Positions 41,001-49,414 of a stretch of 53,206 bases of DNA are shown in pieces. This DNA is from Oscillatoria sp. PMC 1068.18. GTDB taxonomy: Bacteria > Cyanobacteriota > Cyanobacteriia > Cyanobacteriales > SIO1D9. Positions within the stretch are counted from its first letter, which is position 1; each line of letters opens with the position of its first letter. The notes under the pieces were generated by a model that was not told the origin of the DNA, did not search any database, and worked only from the letters and a program-made list of their open reading frames with translations. A program made the position numbers and the translations under genes. The stretch is from positions 1-53,206 of the forward strand of contig JAWQFW010000006.1 in NCBI GenBank assembly GCA_035968095.1, written 5' to 3'.

Positions 41001-41286
41001 TCGTATTAGCGGTACTACAGGCGCTTCTGTACGTTTGCTAGTGGTTGAAGCGGCTTTATTTGAACAAAGTGGTGGTGGCTTTGATATCGATCCTTATGAG
41101 GCAAATAATGCCTTAAAGGTAACTGAGAAGACAAACACGGTTGGTGCTAATGGTTATGTGGATATTCCGGTAACTCTGACTAAATCTGACCCAGAGGGAG
41201 GTTTGAACTATGTTGTGGCTGTGTTTGAGAATCCTGATGGAACGACGAGCTTGCTTTCGTCGAAGTTGGTTCTGGAGTTAGTTTAG
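35029..41286 (+). CDS. 2085-aa extracellular-type protein: DUF4347, three malectin domains, Ig/cadherin-like and IPT domains, PQQ sugar-dehydrogenase-like beta-propeller
   Basis: HLVSHG...LLYGCNVA (DUF4347); three INAGG..YTD...W.AD...ER.G...L.(F/L)AE.YW...R.FDV repeats; NHDHGINGL and GFRNAFD propeller motifs. Confidence 0.8.
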   Translation: METTTNSFSTNSQSLESNSGIFSVDEDLAIAVSGLSHYSALGGNTPEIDETEISRFTLASHDFSENAGYLTNSEDSSFVGDISGDSLLGQPQSLIIIDPSVTNYQQLTEGISSAAEVILLNDSTDGIAQISEILSDRREITSLHLVSHGDIASLELGSTELSSENLEQYSESLQTWASAFTAEADILLYGCNVAAGETGSTFIQELANLTSADVAASDDLTGVGGDWNLEVTTANIETGIVFDAEAIANYEGTLHTTVALINAGGSNYTDTTNHNWTADQNFTGGKTYSNNSAISGTDNDALFQSERYGKDFSYDFAVANGDYQVKLNFAEIYWDTVGKRVFDVTVENQIAIDNLDIYAEVGKNVALTKTVTTTVTDGNLDIDFSTVANNAKVSSIEIIPLEGHQPPEPDTTAPTASLNATNLNTTSGSTNDYTFTVQYTDNVAIDVSTIDSSDLKVTGPNNFNQLATLESININSNGTPRTATYSIAAPGGDWDAADAGSYTISLEKSQVNDTSGNYASNAVLGSFQASVTDTPPPQTPITLINAGGGSYTDGNSDVWNADQYFSGGKIYSTGSAISGTDDDTLFQTERSGKNFAYDFAVADGDYQVELNFAEIYWGATGQRIFDVTIENNLVLDEFDIYAEAGGKNVALTKTFNIGVVDGNLDIDFSTTKDNAKISSIKLTPLGEIDNYTPTTSGINDITVEKDAPNSIVDLFAAFDDVEDADEALTYTITSNTNPGLFDSTSIDGTTGELTLDYNANATGSGALTVRATDTEGLYKETTFSVTVNEEPPEPSEGIRINAGGGAYTDGLGQQWQADNYFLNGKTYSTGSAIDGTTDDSIYQTERSGKTFGYAVPVINGAYDVNLHLAETYWDTSNKRIFDVIVEGQLLYDEFDLWTEAGGKNKALIETIEGIEVKDGILNIDFTTTTDNAKISGLEITPSEPPGHYLHVVIDAPKWVVDYDGNGSEVVALKGNESHTHEFGEELTEWVWKDQNDNILGAQEDITAPIAVGEHNISLTIGDSKSPKEYLTDSVALNVYTPDAVGGGFARYYEAGGQSLANLISNLPAEPNWVEVLPEIKLEQSSSGTIGGSPFSSDTVMTIDGEFTVSADGLYDFNLIGGSASQFYIDADSDGDLDFTNPNDVYLSAGTYELQSRFAIAQYSNLPIEVQVAPDGGTFETIELFHDHTQLDPFINDAPEEVSPFGSSVTLEGFFPADSVVVNWGDTVINNVQLEQGSVTFNAPTGTLGTTVPVTVEMGNGESNTVFMTYEGIVEPDFEINAIAGTGDDWSTYNKPTQADWGPDGKLYVGGSYGTIQIYSFDDNYNVIGESTINTIQGLSNPSILGIAFNPYDQEPKIYVAHSQLFANNGGNGINPGDYSPYSGQISVLSGPGFSNFTPLVTGLPVSNHDHGINGLAFDDNGDLLITVGGNTNAGVPGDLMGGLPESPLSGAIVKANITNPNFNGNIQYELSPGETAPSGFDPTNQVYGDIVDVVDGVDVEVFAPGFRNAFDIVWTTSGQLYGTDNGPNTGYGNESTGANTQSGDPSYKDEVNYIVENGYYGHPNRNRGRYDDRQNVYYSGGDLAISGVHNAPIASVNSSTNGITEYRATTFGGQLRGNLLAQKWNGTVYGFKLSADGTQVETSDLYEENTDGFPSSLDIVTGPGGTLIGVDYGAKNLTISKPIDPAAVGVTAYDIFPWRAPAAGGHSFTIGGANFGTLSDTTVTIGGQQAILTKVSDNRIQGILPEFFSSSNQLLDIVVNSAGDTSVIPDGFKVLTGTGAVVDPEPTPSDDTGSEALVVINPGGNIIQSSTFSSGSFKITNNSTNAQKIDRVLIDLSSGILPDMVFDPTGQAGDTWKKVFTVDNNGGTGTITHNYLNAHDGGFDALEINFTDFDPGETMTFSIDVDPTSAQGTPPPGPGESASVSGLELAGAEVTVAFSDGTSYTGETYRMANSSVGSQTTVQYGIASAPQIEALGISAETATVANASQTIRISGTTGASVRLLVVEAALFEQSGGGFDIDPYEANNALKVTEKTNTVGANGYVDIPVTLTKSDPEGGLNYVVAVFENPDGTTSLLSSKLVLELV

Positions 41287-41319
41287 TTCTCAAGCTGATT
41301 GATTAAAGGCTGAATTTTT

Positions 41320-41358
41320 AAGAGGGGTAGGGCAGATGTTAGATGTCTTACCCCTCTT
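41320..41358. terminator. Probable bidirectional terminator hairpin
   Basis: AAGAGGGGTA...TACCCCTCTT stem between convergent genes. Confidence 0.65.
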
Positions 41359-41386
41359 GAATTTGTTGCGAGTGCGGTTCTCTCTA

Positions 41387-41431
41387 CCCAGTCCCTAATC
41401 CCCAGTCCCCAATCCCTAATCCCTAATCCCC
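41387..41431. repeat. STRR heptamer repeat (CCCCA(G/A)T / CCCTAAT)
   Basis: cccagtccctaatccccagtccccaatccctaatccctaatcccc; overlaps the thiO stop. Confidence 0.85.
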
Positions 41432-42493
41432 AAATCTATCCCAACGAAATGCTTCTAGGAGGCGATCGCTCTTTCCTTCTAAAATTAAATCACCGATCAG
41501 TTTCGCGGTGACTGGTGCAAGTAAGATCCCATTACGATAATGACCTGTGGCAAAAGTTAAATTTGTCAAGCCACTAGCACCAAGAATCGGTAATTCATCG
41601 GGAGTTCCAGGGCGAAATCCCCACCAAAACTCTTCGATGGGAAAATCTTTTAACAAGGGATAAAGTCGGATTGCTCGATCTAATAACGTATTCACTCCCG
41701 CAGGGGTCATTTCTGGGGTGAAACCGACATCTTCGACTGTAGCCCCAATCACGATTAAACCGTCTCTACGAGGGACGATATAGCAATTTTCGCCAAAAAG
41801 TATCCTTTGCAGAGGTAGTTCGCTAAACGAGTTAGGAACGCGCACTGAGAGCATTTGTCCTTTGACCGGAGCAACTGGCACTGAAAATAAGTTACCAGCC
41901 CAAGCCCCAGCCGCGAGGATGTAGTGAGAAGCGGAAAATTGTCCTTGGTTAGTTATTAGTGTCGTAACTTGGCTTTGATGTTGCTGAATCTCTTGCACTG
42001 CGACATTTTCACGTAAGTTTACACCTAAATCTATTGCCGCCATTTTCAGTGCTTTAATCAAGGCGCGGCGATTGTCAACTTGAGCATCTTGAGGATACCA
42101 CCAACCGCCGACAATTTCTGCACCTAAATTGGGTTGAAATTGATGAATAGCATCTTTGTTGAGCCAAAAAGCTGTAATTTGCTCAGGAGTCTGATAAACT
42201 GGGGCGAGAATGCCACATTGCCAATATCCGGTTTCGATTCCGGTGAGTGATTCGAGTTTGCTAATCCAGTCAGAATACAGGGCGCGGCTACGCAAACACA
42301 AATCTAACATTGGTGCAGACTCAATTGCTTCTGCTTGGGGTGCCAGCATTCCGGCGGCGACATGAGCCGCAGCTTCAGAAAAATTGCGGCTGAGGACTGT
42401 TACTGATCCTGAAGAACGCAATTTTAATTCTACGGCTAAGGAAAGTCCGATTATGCCACCACCAATAATAATTATGTCAGTAGATTGATTCAT
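41423..42493 (-). CDS. thiO: Glycine oxidase ThiO
   Basis: GGGIIG, AAGMLAPQAE, PVKGQM, GFRPGTPD, GHYRNGILLAP.TA. Confidence 0.9.
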   Translation of the reverse strand: MNQSTDIIIIGGGIIGLSLAVELKLRSSGSVTVLSRNFSEAAAHVAAGMLAPQAEAIESAPMLDLCLRSRALYSDWISKLESLTGIETGYWQCGILAPVYQTPEQITAFWLNKDAIHQFQPNLGAEIVGGWWYPQDAQVDNRRALIKALKMAAIDLGVNLRENVAVQEIQQHQSQVTTLITNQGQFSASHYILAAGAWAGNLFSVPVAPVKGQMLSVRVPNSFSELPLQRILFGENCYIVPRRDGLIVIGATVEDVGFTPEMTPAGVNTLLDRAIRLYPLLKDFPIEEFWWGFRPGTPDELPILGASGLTNLTFATGHYRNGILLAPVTAKLIGDLILEGKSDRLLEAFRWDRFGD

Positions 42494-42721
42494 CTAGCTC
42501 AATTTAATATAGTCGCTATTAAACAGTTTGCCACTTTGATCGGTAGTAAAATCAATTAAAAGCTAAAAGTGTGATTGGGTTAAGGCTCAAGGCTGGAAAT
42601 GGATCTCGCTGCTTGCTTAATTTCTCTTCTGTAACCGGAGTGCTAATCTTGGGAGTATATTTTCCTTGACAAGCTGTGTAATTATTTTTCTCTGTACTCT
42701 TAGCGTGAAGATAATCGATCG

Positions 42722-44170
42722 ATGACTACGACTGAAACGACCGTAATTCCCCGCTATAATTCTGGCGCAATCAAAGCGAACAATCCTTGGAAAGGTTATT
42801 TATTCTTAGGTTTATTATCGAATGCTTTGGTTTGGGGGGCGGCGATTACTTATCTAGAAGTGACTGAGCCGACTTATACTAGCGAGTGGGCGATTAGTAT
42901 TCCGGGAATTGATGCGACGACGAGTGTGGAAGTACCGGGAATTGGACGTGCTGATTCTCAAAGTGAGTCGCCTTATCGTCATGATAATCACGATCCGAGG
43001 GAAAATTATAAGTTTATTGCTGAAAGTGATGAGGTGGTGACTTCAGCTTCTAGTGAAGTTGAGTTACCGAAAGAGGATTTTGGCGAACCTCGGATTAAGA
43101 TTGTAGATAATACGACCTTGATGCGGTTTGAGATTCACGGAGATAATCCTCAACAAGCTCAAGAAAAGGCGATCGCTTTTCAAGAAGTTTTTGAAACGAA
43201 GCTTGAACAACTACGACTTCAGGAAATTGAACAGCAAGATAGTGGTTTAAAGGATTTACTCAAAGAGTCACAAGAAAATTTATTGGCAGCGCAAAAGCGT
43301 TTATCTGAGTATAAAGCTAGTTCGGGTTTGAGTTCCTCAGAGCAATTGCGCGATCTTTCGATTAATATTGAGGAGTTACGCCGACTGCGGGCGGAAACTT
43401 TGGCTCAGTTACAGCAAGTTAGTGGACGTTTTCAACAATTATCTCAAGATTTGGAACTATCTACTACTCAGGCTAATGATTCTTTTGTCCTGAAGTCCGA
43501 TCCTTTGTTTCAGCAGCATTTGGCTGATTATAATCGTGCTAGTACCGAGTTGGCGACTTTACAATCGAAGTTTTTACCGCTTAATCCGTCGGTAATCGCC
43601 AAACAAAGAGAAAAAGATACTGCGGAAGCGGCTTTGTTAAGGCGTAGCGCGGCTTTGTTGGGACAACCTGTAACTGGCTCTACTTTAGAATTACCAGATA
43701 TTGCTAATAGTGGTGAAGCGAGTGCGCGAGATAATCTTTCCCAAGAGTTGATTTCGCTACAATCTCAGCAGCAAGGTTTGGCTTTGCAAGCGCAAGAGTT
43801 GACTAACCAAATCGAACAACTGGAAAAGCGTTTACAGTCGCAAGCGCAGCAAGAGTCAGGATTGGAAAATTTACGTCGCGATGTCCAAATTGCGGAAGCG
43901 GTGTTTACTTCGACGTTAACTAAGTTGGATTTGAGTAAGTCGAAGATTGCTTCTTCTTATCCCCAAACTCAATTGTTGATTCAGCCGAGTTTACCAGATG
44001 AACCGACTGCACCGAAAGAGAAGTATGTTTGGTTGGGGACGGCGATGTGTTCTTTCTTTTTGACTACGGGAATGCTATCTTTGTGGTGGCGATCGCGCCA
44101 AATCCACAAACAACAGCAGCAAAAGCTACAACCAAGCGAAATTGTTAATTTACCTGTTCTGAAACGTTAA
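42722..44170 (+). CDS. GumC/Wzc-like polysaccharide co-polymerase without a kinase domain
   Basis: Two TM segments flanking a long coiled coil; P.Y.S, P.LP..P..P; no Walker A. Confidence 0.8.
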   Translation: MTTTETTVIPRYNSGAIKANNPWKGYLFLGLLSNALVWGAAITYLEVTEPTYTSEWAISIPGIDATTSVEVPGIGRADSQSESPYRHDNHDPRENYKFIAESDEVVTSASSEVELPKEDFGEPRIKIVDNTTLMRFEIHGDNPQQAQEKAIAFQEVFETKLEQLRLQEIEQQDSGLKDLLKESQENLLAAQKRLSEYKASSGLSSSEQLRDLSINIEELRRLRAETLAQLQQVSGRFQQLSQDLELSTTQANDSFVLKSDPLFQQHLADYNRASTELATLQSKFLPLNPSVIAKQREKDTAEAALLRRSAALLGQPVTGSTLELPDIANSGEASARDNLSQELISLQSQQQGLALQAQELTNQIEQLEKRLQSQAQQESGLENLRRDVQIAEAVFTSTLTKLDLSKSKIASSYPQTQLLIQPSLPDEPTAPKEKYVWLGTAMCSFFLTTGMLSLWWRSRQIHKQQQQKLQPSEIVNLPVLKR

Positions 44171-44173
44171 CTT

Positions 44174-45154
44174 ATGCAGCCTTTGGTTTCGGTGATTATT
44201 CCTGCTTATAATGCCGAATCGACGATTCTAGAAACCATTCAATCTGTGCAACAACAGTCTTATCCTCATTGGGAGATAATTGTTGTTGACGATGGTTCAG
44301 GCGATCGCACTTTAACCATTCTCCAAAATATTGTCGAACCTCGCTTACAAATTATAACAGGCGATAATGCAGGTGCAGCCGCCGCCCGGAATCAAGGTTT
44401 AAAGCTCGCTCAAGGCGAATTTATCGCTTTTTTGGATGCCGACGACCTTTGGACAAAGGACAAGCTACAGCTTCAATTAGAAGCATTACAAAAGCATCCT
44501 GAAGCGGGTGTAGCTTATAGTTGGGCTAGTTTTATCGACGCAAACGGAAATTTTCTCTATTACCAAGAACCAATTTTTTATCAAGGTAATATTTACCAGC
44601 AAATGTTATTACTGAATTTCTTAGTTTGTGGTTCAATTCCTTTAATTCGCAAGCAAGCAATTGAGTCTGTCGGTGAATTTGATTCAGAAATAAAATCAGC
44701 GCATGATTGGGATTTTTGGCTAAGATTAGCAGCTAAACATCCATTTGTATTAGTTCCTAAATATCAAACTTTTTACCGTCAATTTCCTGGCTCAATTTCC
44801 GCTAATATCGAAGCAAGAGAAAAATATAGTTTGCTAGTAGCAGAAAAAGCTTATCACAATGCTGGCGAAAATTACCAATATTTAAAACCGCAAACTTTAG
44901 CTAACATTTATCAACTAATTGCTCGATTATATCTCGATCGTCAAGGAAATTCTCAGGCTGGTTTACAAGCAATTAAAAGATTAGCACAAGCAAGTAAATT
45001 AAACCCCAGATTGTTATTAAACTTCAAGTTTCTTCGCTTATGCTTAAAATCAGCACTTATACAGCTATTACCAACACAATTATCGAGTTATTTTGTCAGG
45101 AAATTGCGTCAGTTTCGCGCAATTTACGACACTAAAATCAAAGCCAATTCCTAG
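44174..45154 (+). CDS. Glycosyltransferase family 2
   Basis: VSVIIPAYN, VDDGS, ARN.G, FLDADD, DWDFWLR. Confidence 0.93.
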   Translation: MQPLVSVIIPAYNAESTILETIQSVQQQSYPHWEIIVVDDGSGDRTLTILQNIVEPRLQIITGDNAGAAAARNQGLKLAQGEFIAFLDADDLWTKDKLQLQLEALQKHPEAGVAYSWASFIDANGNFLYYQEPIFYQGNIYQQMLLLNFLVCGSIPLIRKQAIESVGEFDSEIKSAHDWDFWLRLAAKHPFVLVPKYQTFYRQFPGSISANIEAREKYSLLVAEKAYHNAGENYQYLKPQTLANIYQLIARLYLDRQGNSQAGLQAIKRLAQASKLNPRLLLNFKFLRLCLKSALIQLLPTQLSSYFVRKLRQFRAIYDTKIKANS

Positions 45155-45167
45155 TTAAGAAACTTTT

Positions 45168-45195
45168 GTAGAGACATTATAAATAACGTCTCTAC
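45168..45195. repeat. REP-like palindromic repeat copy between convergent genes
   Basis: gtagagacattataaataacgtctctac. Confidence 0.75.
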
Positions 45196-45206
45196 CTTAA
45201 TCAAAT

Positions 45207-46244
45207 CTAAACTCTAGGTAAATTTAATTCCTTACTAGCAGACACAGGTTTTTCTTCATAAACAGTCCCCTCAACTTTGCTATAAACATCCAGCAAATAA
45301 TCAGGACTAAAATGAGTAATAACTCGACCGCAGAAAATTAGCAACCAAGAAACCAAAGCAATAGGAATTGCAATTGGTAAGTAAATCAATTGCGAAACTC
45401 GGACATTTTTAACTCGACGTAAAATCGGGAAAAGATTACCAATTCTCGTTTTCAACTTAACTGGTAATTTAACAGCTTCCGGCTGTTTATCAAAATCATT
45501 AAACAAACGCTTTATCAAAACATTATCTCTTCCAATTAACAGAAAACGCCAGAAAAAATGATTCCAACCATTCGGAGGTGCATGACTAGCTTTCGCTTCT
45601 GGTAATCTTAAGATATAATCACCTTGACGGACTAAACTTTCCGCATGAATCGAACAATTCCCACGATAAAGAGGTAAACCAGAAGTAATCGGATTAGCGA
45701 GGAGAAAATCGCGACGAAATGCTACATTATTACAATAATATCTTGTTGATTCGTAAGCTTGTTTTTGTCCGGAAAAACCATTAAAAATGTAAGCAAAGTG
45801 CATTGCTAAACCATAAGGGTTATCACCACGAGTAGCTGTTTCACCTGCAACCACATTCACTTGGGAATTTTCCACAAAAGCTGCTAAGATATCGTACAAC
45901 CAATTGGGAGAATAAACGCAATCCGAGTCACATAAAACAATTATGTCTCCGGTAGCGACTTTTGCGCCTTCCATTTTTGCTTGATAGTAGCTAATTCCCG
46001 GAGTAGCAGGGTGTAACTTTAGCCAAGGAAAGCGCTTTTGTAACTCTTGCAACACCTCTTGCGGTGTATCTCCACTATCGACAATTATAACTTCATTCGC
46101 CTCAGCAGGAGAAGGATTTTGTCCTACCAAAGAATTTAGAGACAAATACAAATCACCCAAATCTGCTGTAGAAAGGTTTTCTGTTTCTAAGATAATCGAA
46201 AAGCTAGGTAACTTAATTTTAGTTGTCGGTGTATCCAATTTCAT
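45207..46244 (-). CDS. Glycosyltransferase family 2 (divergent)
   Basis: EVIIVDS, ATGDIIVLCDSDC DxD motif, NVAFRR. Confidence 0.82.
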   Translation of the reverse strand: MKLDTPTTKIKLPSFSIILETENLSTADLGDLYLSLNSLVGQNPSPAEANEVIIVDSGDTPQEVLQELQKRFPWLKLHPATPGISYYQAKMEGAKVATGDIIVLCDSDCVYSPNWLYDILAAFVENSQVNVVAGETATRGDNPYGLAMHFAYIFNGFSGQKQAYESTRYYCNNVAFRRDFLLANPITSGLPLYRGNCSIHAESLVRQGDYILRLPEAKASHAPPNGWNHFFWRFLLIGRDNVLIKRLFNDFDKQPEAVKLPVKLKTRIGNLFPILRRVKNVRVSQLIYLPIAIPIALVSWLLIFCGRVITHFSPDYLLDVYSKVEGTVYEEKPVSASKELNLPRV

Positions 46245-46448
46245 CTTTTACTCCTCACCACTAATTTTTGCTAATTTACGACAAAACTAAGCTTCTTACT
46301 TCCAACCCCTGAAAATTATTTTTCTCTTCCGCTAGAATAGCTAGCCACCTTTTTTACGAAAATTTAGAAATTGTCATCATCAAGTATAGCATAATTATTA
46401 GAACCACAAAAGTATTCTCAACTTTTGTAGGATTAGTGGTGTGAGTTG

Positions 46449-47717
46449 ATGAACTATCTCGAAAAAATTAAACGTAAGCTAAAACAAACCTTAGCTAATC
46501 AGTTTATTCGCAATCTTAGTTGGTTAGGTGCGTCAGAAATAATTATTCGCATTTCGCGACTAATCACGACTTTTGTGTTAGCCCGTTTTCTCTCCAAATA
46601 TGACTACGGTTTAGCAGCAATTGTCTTAGCTTCTCATGAATTTGTCCAAGTTTTCAGCCGCAACGGAATTACTGCGAAGTTAATTCAAGCTGACGCAGAA
46701 GAATTAGCTGAATTATGTGATGCAGCTTACTGGCTAAACTGGGTCGTTTTTTCTGCTTTATTTTTTATTCAGTGTCTGGCTGCATTTCCTATTGCTTGGT
46801 TTTACGGTGACAACAATTTAATTTTACCAATTTGCGCCCTAGGCTTAACTTATTTAATGATTCCTTTTTCAAGTATTAATTCTTGTTTAGTTAGACGAGA
46901 AAATCGCTTACAAATTCGAGCATTAGCACACACAGTCGGAATTGCTACAGGTAATATTTTATCTTTGTTTTTAGCTTACTTCGGAATGGGCATTTGGGCA
47001 ATAGTTCTTCCACAAATATTAGTTGCTCCTTTGTGGCTTTATATTTACCGTATTTATCAACCTTGGCGACCTAGCAAAAACTTCAACATCCATCGCTGGA
47101 AAGAAATTTTTGATTTTGGTCGTAGTATTCTCGGTGTAGAGTTGTTAGACACCTTACGAAAAAACTTAGATTACTTATTGATTGGTCGCTTTCTAGGAAT
47201 TAGCGAGTTAGGGATTTATTACTTTGCTTTCAATGCCGGGTTGGGAATTAGTTTAAGTATTATTGGTGCAATCAAGGCGGCAATTTTACCTCATTTATGT
47301 TCGCTACGAACCGATTGGCATGAATTACAGCGACAATATTATAAAAGTATCAAAATAATTGCTTTAATTATTATTCCTGTAGTCTTGTTACAAGCTAACT
47401 TAGCACCTTTTTACGTCCCGATTGTCTTTGGTAAAAAATGGACTGAAGCCATCCCTATTTTAATGATAATTTGTTTATCAGCAATTCCCCGTCCCTTTGG
47501 TGATGCTGCTTCCCAGTTACTTGTGGCTTTAGGTAAACCAGATTTAGACTTACTTTGGAATATAATTTTTACAGTAATTTTTACTCTTAGTTTGCTCGTG
47601 GGCGTACAATGGCAATCAATAGGTGTAGCAATTACAGTTTTAGTAGTGCATTTTGTTGCGATACCAGCATTTACTGTTTGGGCAACTCGTTATGCGTTTA
47701 AAACAAGAAAAATATAG
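46449..47717 (+). CDS. wzx: Wzx-type flippase (polysaccharide biosynthesis protein)
   Basis: LARFLS..DYG, DYLLIGRFLG..LGIY, VFG.KW..A.P; multi-TM; ATG at 46449. Confidence 0.82.
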   Translation: MNYLEKIKRKLKQTLANQFIRNLSWLGASEIIIRISRLITTFVLARFLSKYDYGLAAIVLASHEFVQVFSRNGITAKLIQADAEELAELCDAAYWLNWVVFSALFFIQCLAAFPIAWFYGDNNLILPICALGLTYLMIPFSSINSCLVRRENRLQIRALAHTVGIATGNILSLFLAYFGMGIWAIVLPQILVAPLWLYIYRIYQPWRPSKNFNIHRWKEIFDFGRSILGVELLDTLRKNLDYLLIGRFLGISELGIYYFAFNAGLGISLSIIGAIKAAILPHLCSLRTDWHELQRQYYKSIKIIALIIIPVVLLQANLAPFYVPIVFGKKWTEAIPILMIICLSAIPRPFGDAASQLLVALGKPDLDLLWNIIFTVIFTLSLLVGVQWQSIGVAITVLVVHFVAIPAFTVWATRYAFKTRKI

Positions 47718-47732
47718 GTTAAATTAGCATTT

Positions 47733-49328
47733 ATGAAAATTAAATTTTGGTATAAAGAAATCAAAATAAGTACCTTTTATTTGTTAATTATTGTAGTTTT
47801 AGCTTTAGGAATTTGGTTTCGCTTTGTCAATATTGACCGCAAAATTCCTTGGATTGACGAGTGGATTACTTTAGATAGAATTACTGATTATGATAACCGA
47901 GAAGAAATTCAGCAAAAATTGTTTGGTGGAACAGTAATTACTGTAAAAGAATTACATGATTGGCAAAAATTAGACCCAAAAACAAATGCGTTTAATCTTC
48001 TCAATAATTCTTTAGTTAATTATCCTGAACATCCCCCAATTTATTATCTCTTTGCACGGCTGTGGGGAGAATGGTTTGGTAGTTCTATTGCTACTCTCAG
48101 AAGTGCGGCAGCCGTTATTAGTTTATTTGTCTTTCCAGCGATGTTTTGGCTATGCTACTCGTTGTTTAATTCTTATTTCGCTAGTTGGCTAGGTATGGCA
48201 CTAATTGCTGTTTCTCCAATTCATGTTTTGTACGCTCAAGAAGCAAGACAATACAGCTTATGGACAGTCACAATTTTACTTTCTAGTGCTGCCCTTTTAC
48301 AAGCTATGCAGCGCCAAACTAAACTAAGTTGGTTAACTTATGCTCTTACTTTAACTGTGGGTTTTTATTCACATCTATTTTTTAGTTTAGTTGTTTTTGC
48401 ACAAGGAATTTATGTAATTTTGAAAGAAGGTTTTCGTTTCAGTAAAAATTTGCTGGCTTATTTGTTAGCAATTCTGGTAAGCATAATTGCTTTTTCCCCT
48501 TGGATTGTAGTTGCTTTTAATAGCTTATCTCATCTCGATCGTCAAGTAAAAGGCTGGACAGAAGCGCAACCAACTTTCTTTACTTTTCTGAAAAGATGGT
48601 TAGGTAATTTAAGCCGTCTTTTTGTTGATTTTGGCTTCGACTCCAGCACAAATTTCGGGGAAGCAATGGTGATTATTCCGTTAATATTTTTCTTGACAAT
48701 TCTAGTAATATATGCTCTTTATTTTCTGATTCGGAACAGTTCGCGAGAAGTATGGCTGTTTGTTTTGAGCTTAATTTTTGGTACTACAGCTATCTTGGTG
48801 TTGAGAGATTTATTTGTAGTGTTTGGTTTAATTTCGGGGAGATTATTTTCTGCGACAGCGAGGTATATAATTCCTTTTTATCTAGGTATTCAGTTAGCAG
48901 TAGTTTACCTTTTAGCTAGCAAAATGATGTCTCCGAAAGCAAATGAGCAAAATATTTGGCGAGGAGTGTTTTTAGCTTTAGTTTCTTTGGGAATATTTTC
49001 TTGTATAATGAGTTCTCAAGCAGAGGTTTGGTGGAGTAAAGGTGAAGCTAGCGAATTGGTGCAAGTAGCACCAATAGTTAATCAAGCTACTAATGCTTTA
49101 GTAGTTAGTGATGCTGATTTAGCTCGTGTTTTGTCTCTTAGTAATTTACTTGATGAAGAAGTGCATGTACAGTTATTTTTGGAAGGAAGTTACTACCCAA
49201 TTGACCAAGATTTTAGCAATATATTTGTTTTAAATCCTTCTGAGAGTTTTCAAGAAATTTTGGGAAAAGAGTATCAATTAGAATCTCTGCGTGATACGGA
49301 GATCCAATTGTGGAAATTAGCAGAATAA
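47733..49328 (+). CDS. GT-C fold glycosyltransferase family 39 (PMT-like)
   Basis: W.DE, EHPP.YY, SP.H..YAQEARQYSL; multi-TM. Confidence 0.85.
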   Translation: MKIKFWYKEIKISTFYLLIIVVLALGIWFRFVNIDRKIPWIDEWITLDRITDYDNREEIQQKLFGGTVITVKELHDWQKLDPKTNAFNLLNNSLVNYPEHPPIYYLFARLWGEWFGSSIATLRSAAAVISLFVFPAMFWLCYSLFNSYFASWLGMALIAVSPIHVLYAQEARQYSLWTVTILLSSAALLQAMQRQTKLSWLTYALTLTVGFYSHLFFSLVVFAQGIYVILKEGFRFSKNLLAYLLAILVSIIAFSPWIVVAFNSLSHLDRQVKGWTEAQPTFFTFLKRWLGNLSRLFVDFGFDSSTNFGEAMVIIPLIFFLTILVIYALYFLIRNSSREVWLFVLSLIFGTTAILVLRDLFVVFGLISGRLFSATARYIIPFYLGIQLAVVYLLASKMMSPKANEQNIWRGVFLALVSLGIFSCIMSSQAEVWWSKGEASELVQVAPIVNQATNALVVSDADLARVLSLSNLLDEEVHVQLFLEGSYYPIDQDFSNIFVLNPSESFQEILGKEYQLESLRDTEIQLWKLAE

Positions 49329-49372
49329 ATTTAATATTATTTGCATAAAGTAATACTACAGATGCAGACCTT

Positions 49373-49398
49373 TAGAGACGTTGCATGCAACGTCTCTA
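49373..49398. repeat. Perfect 26-bp palindrome, reference copy of the REP-like family
   Basis: TAGAGACGTTGCA|TGCAACGTCTCTA. Confidence 0.85.
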
Positions 49399-49414
49399 CA
49401 CAATTTCAGATAGC

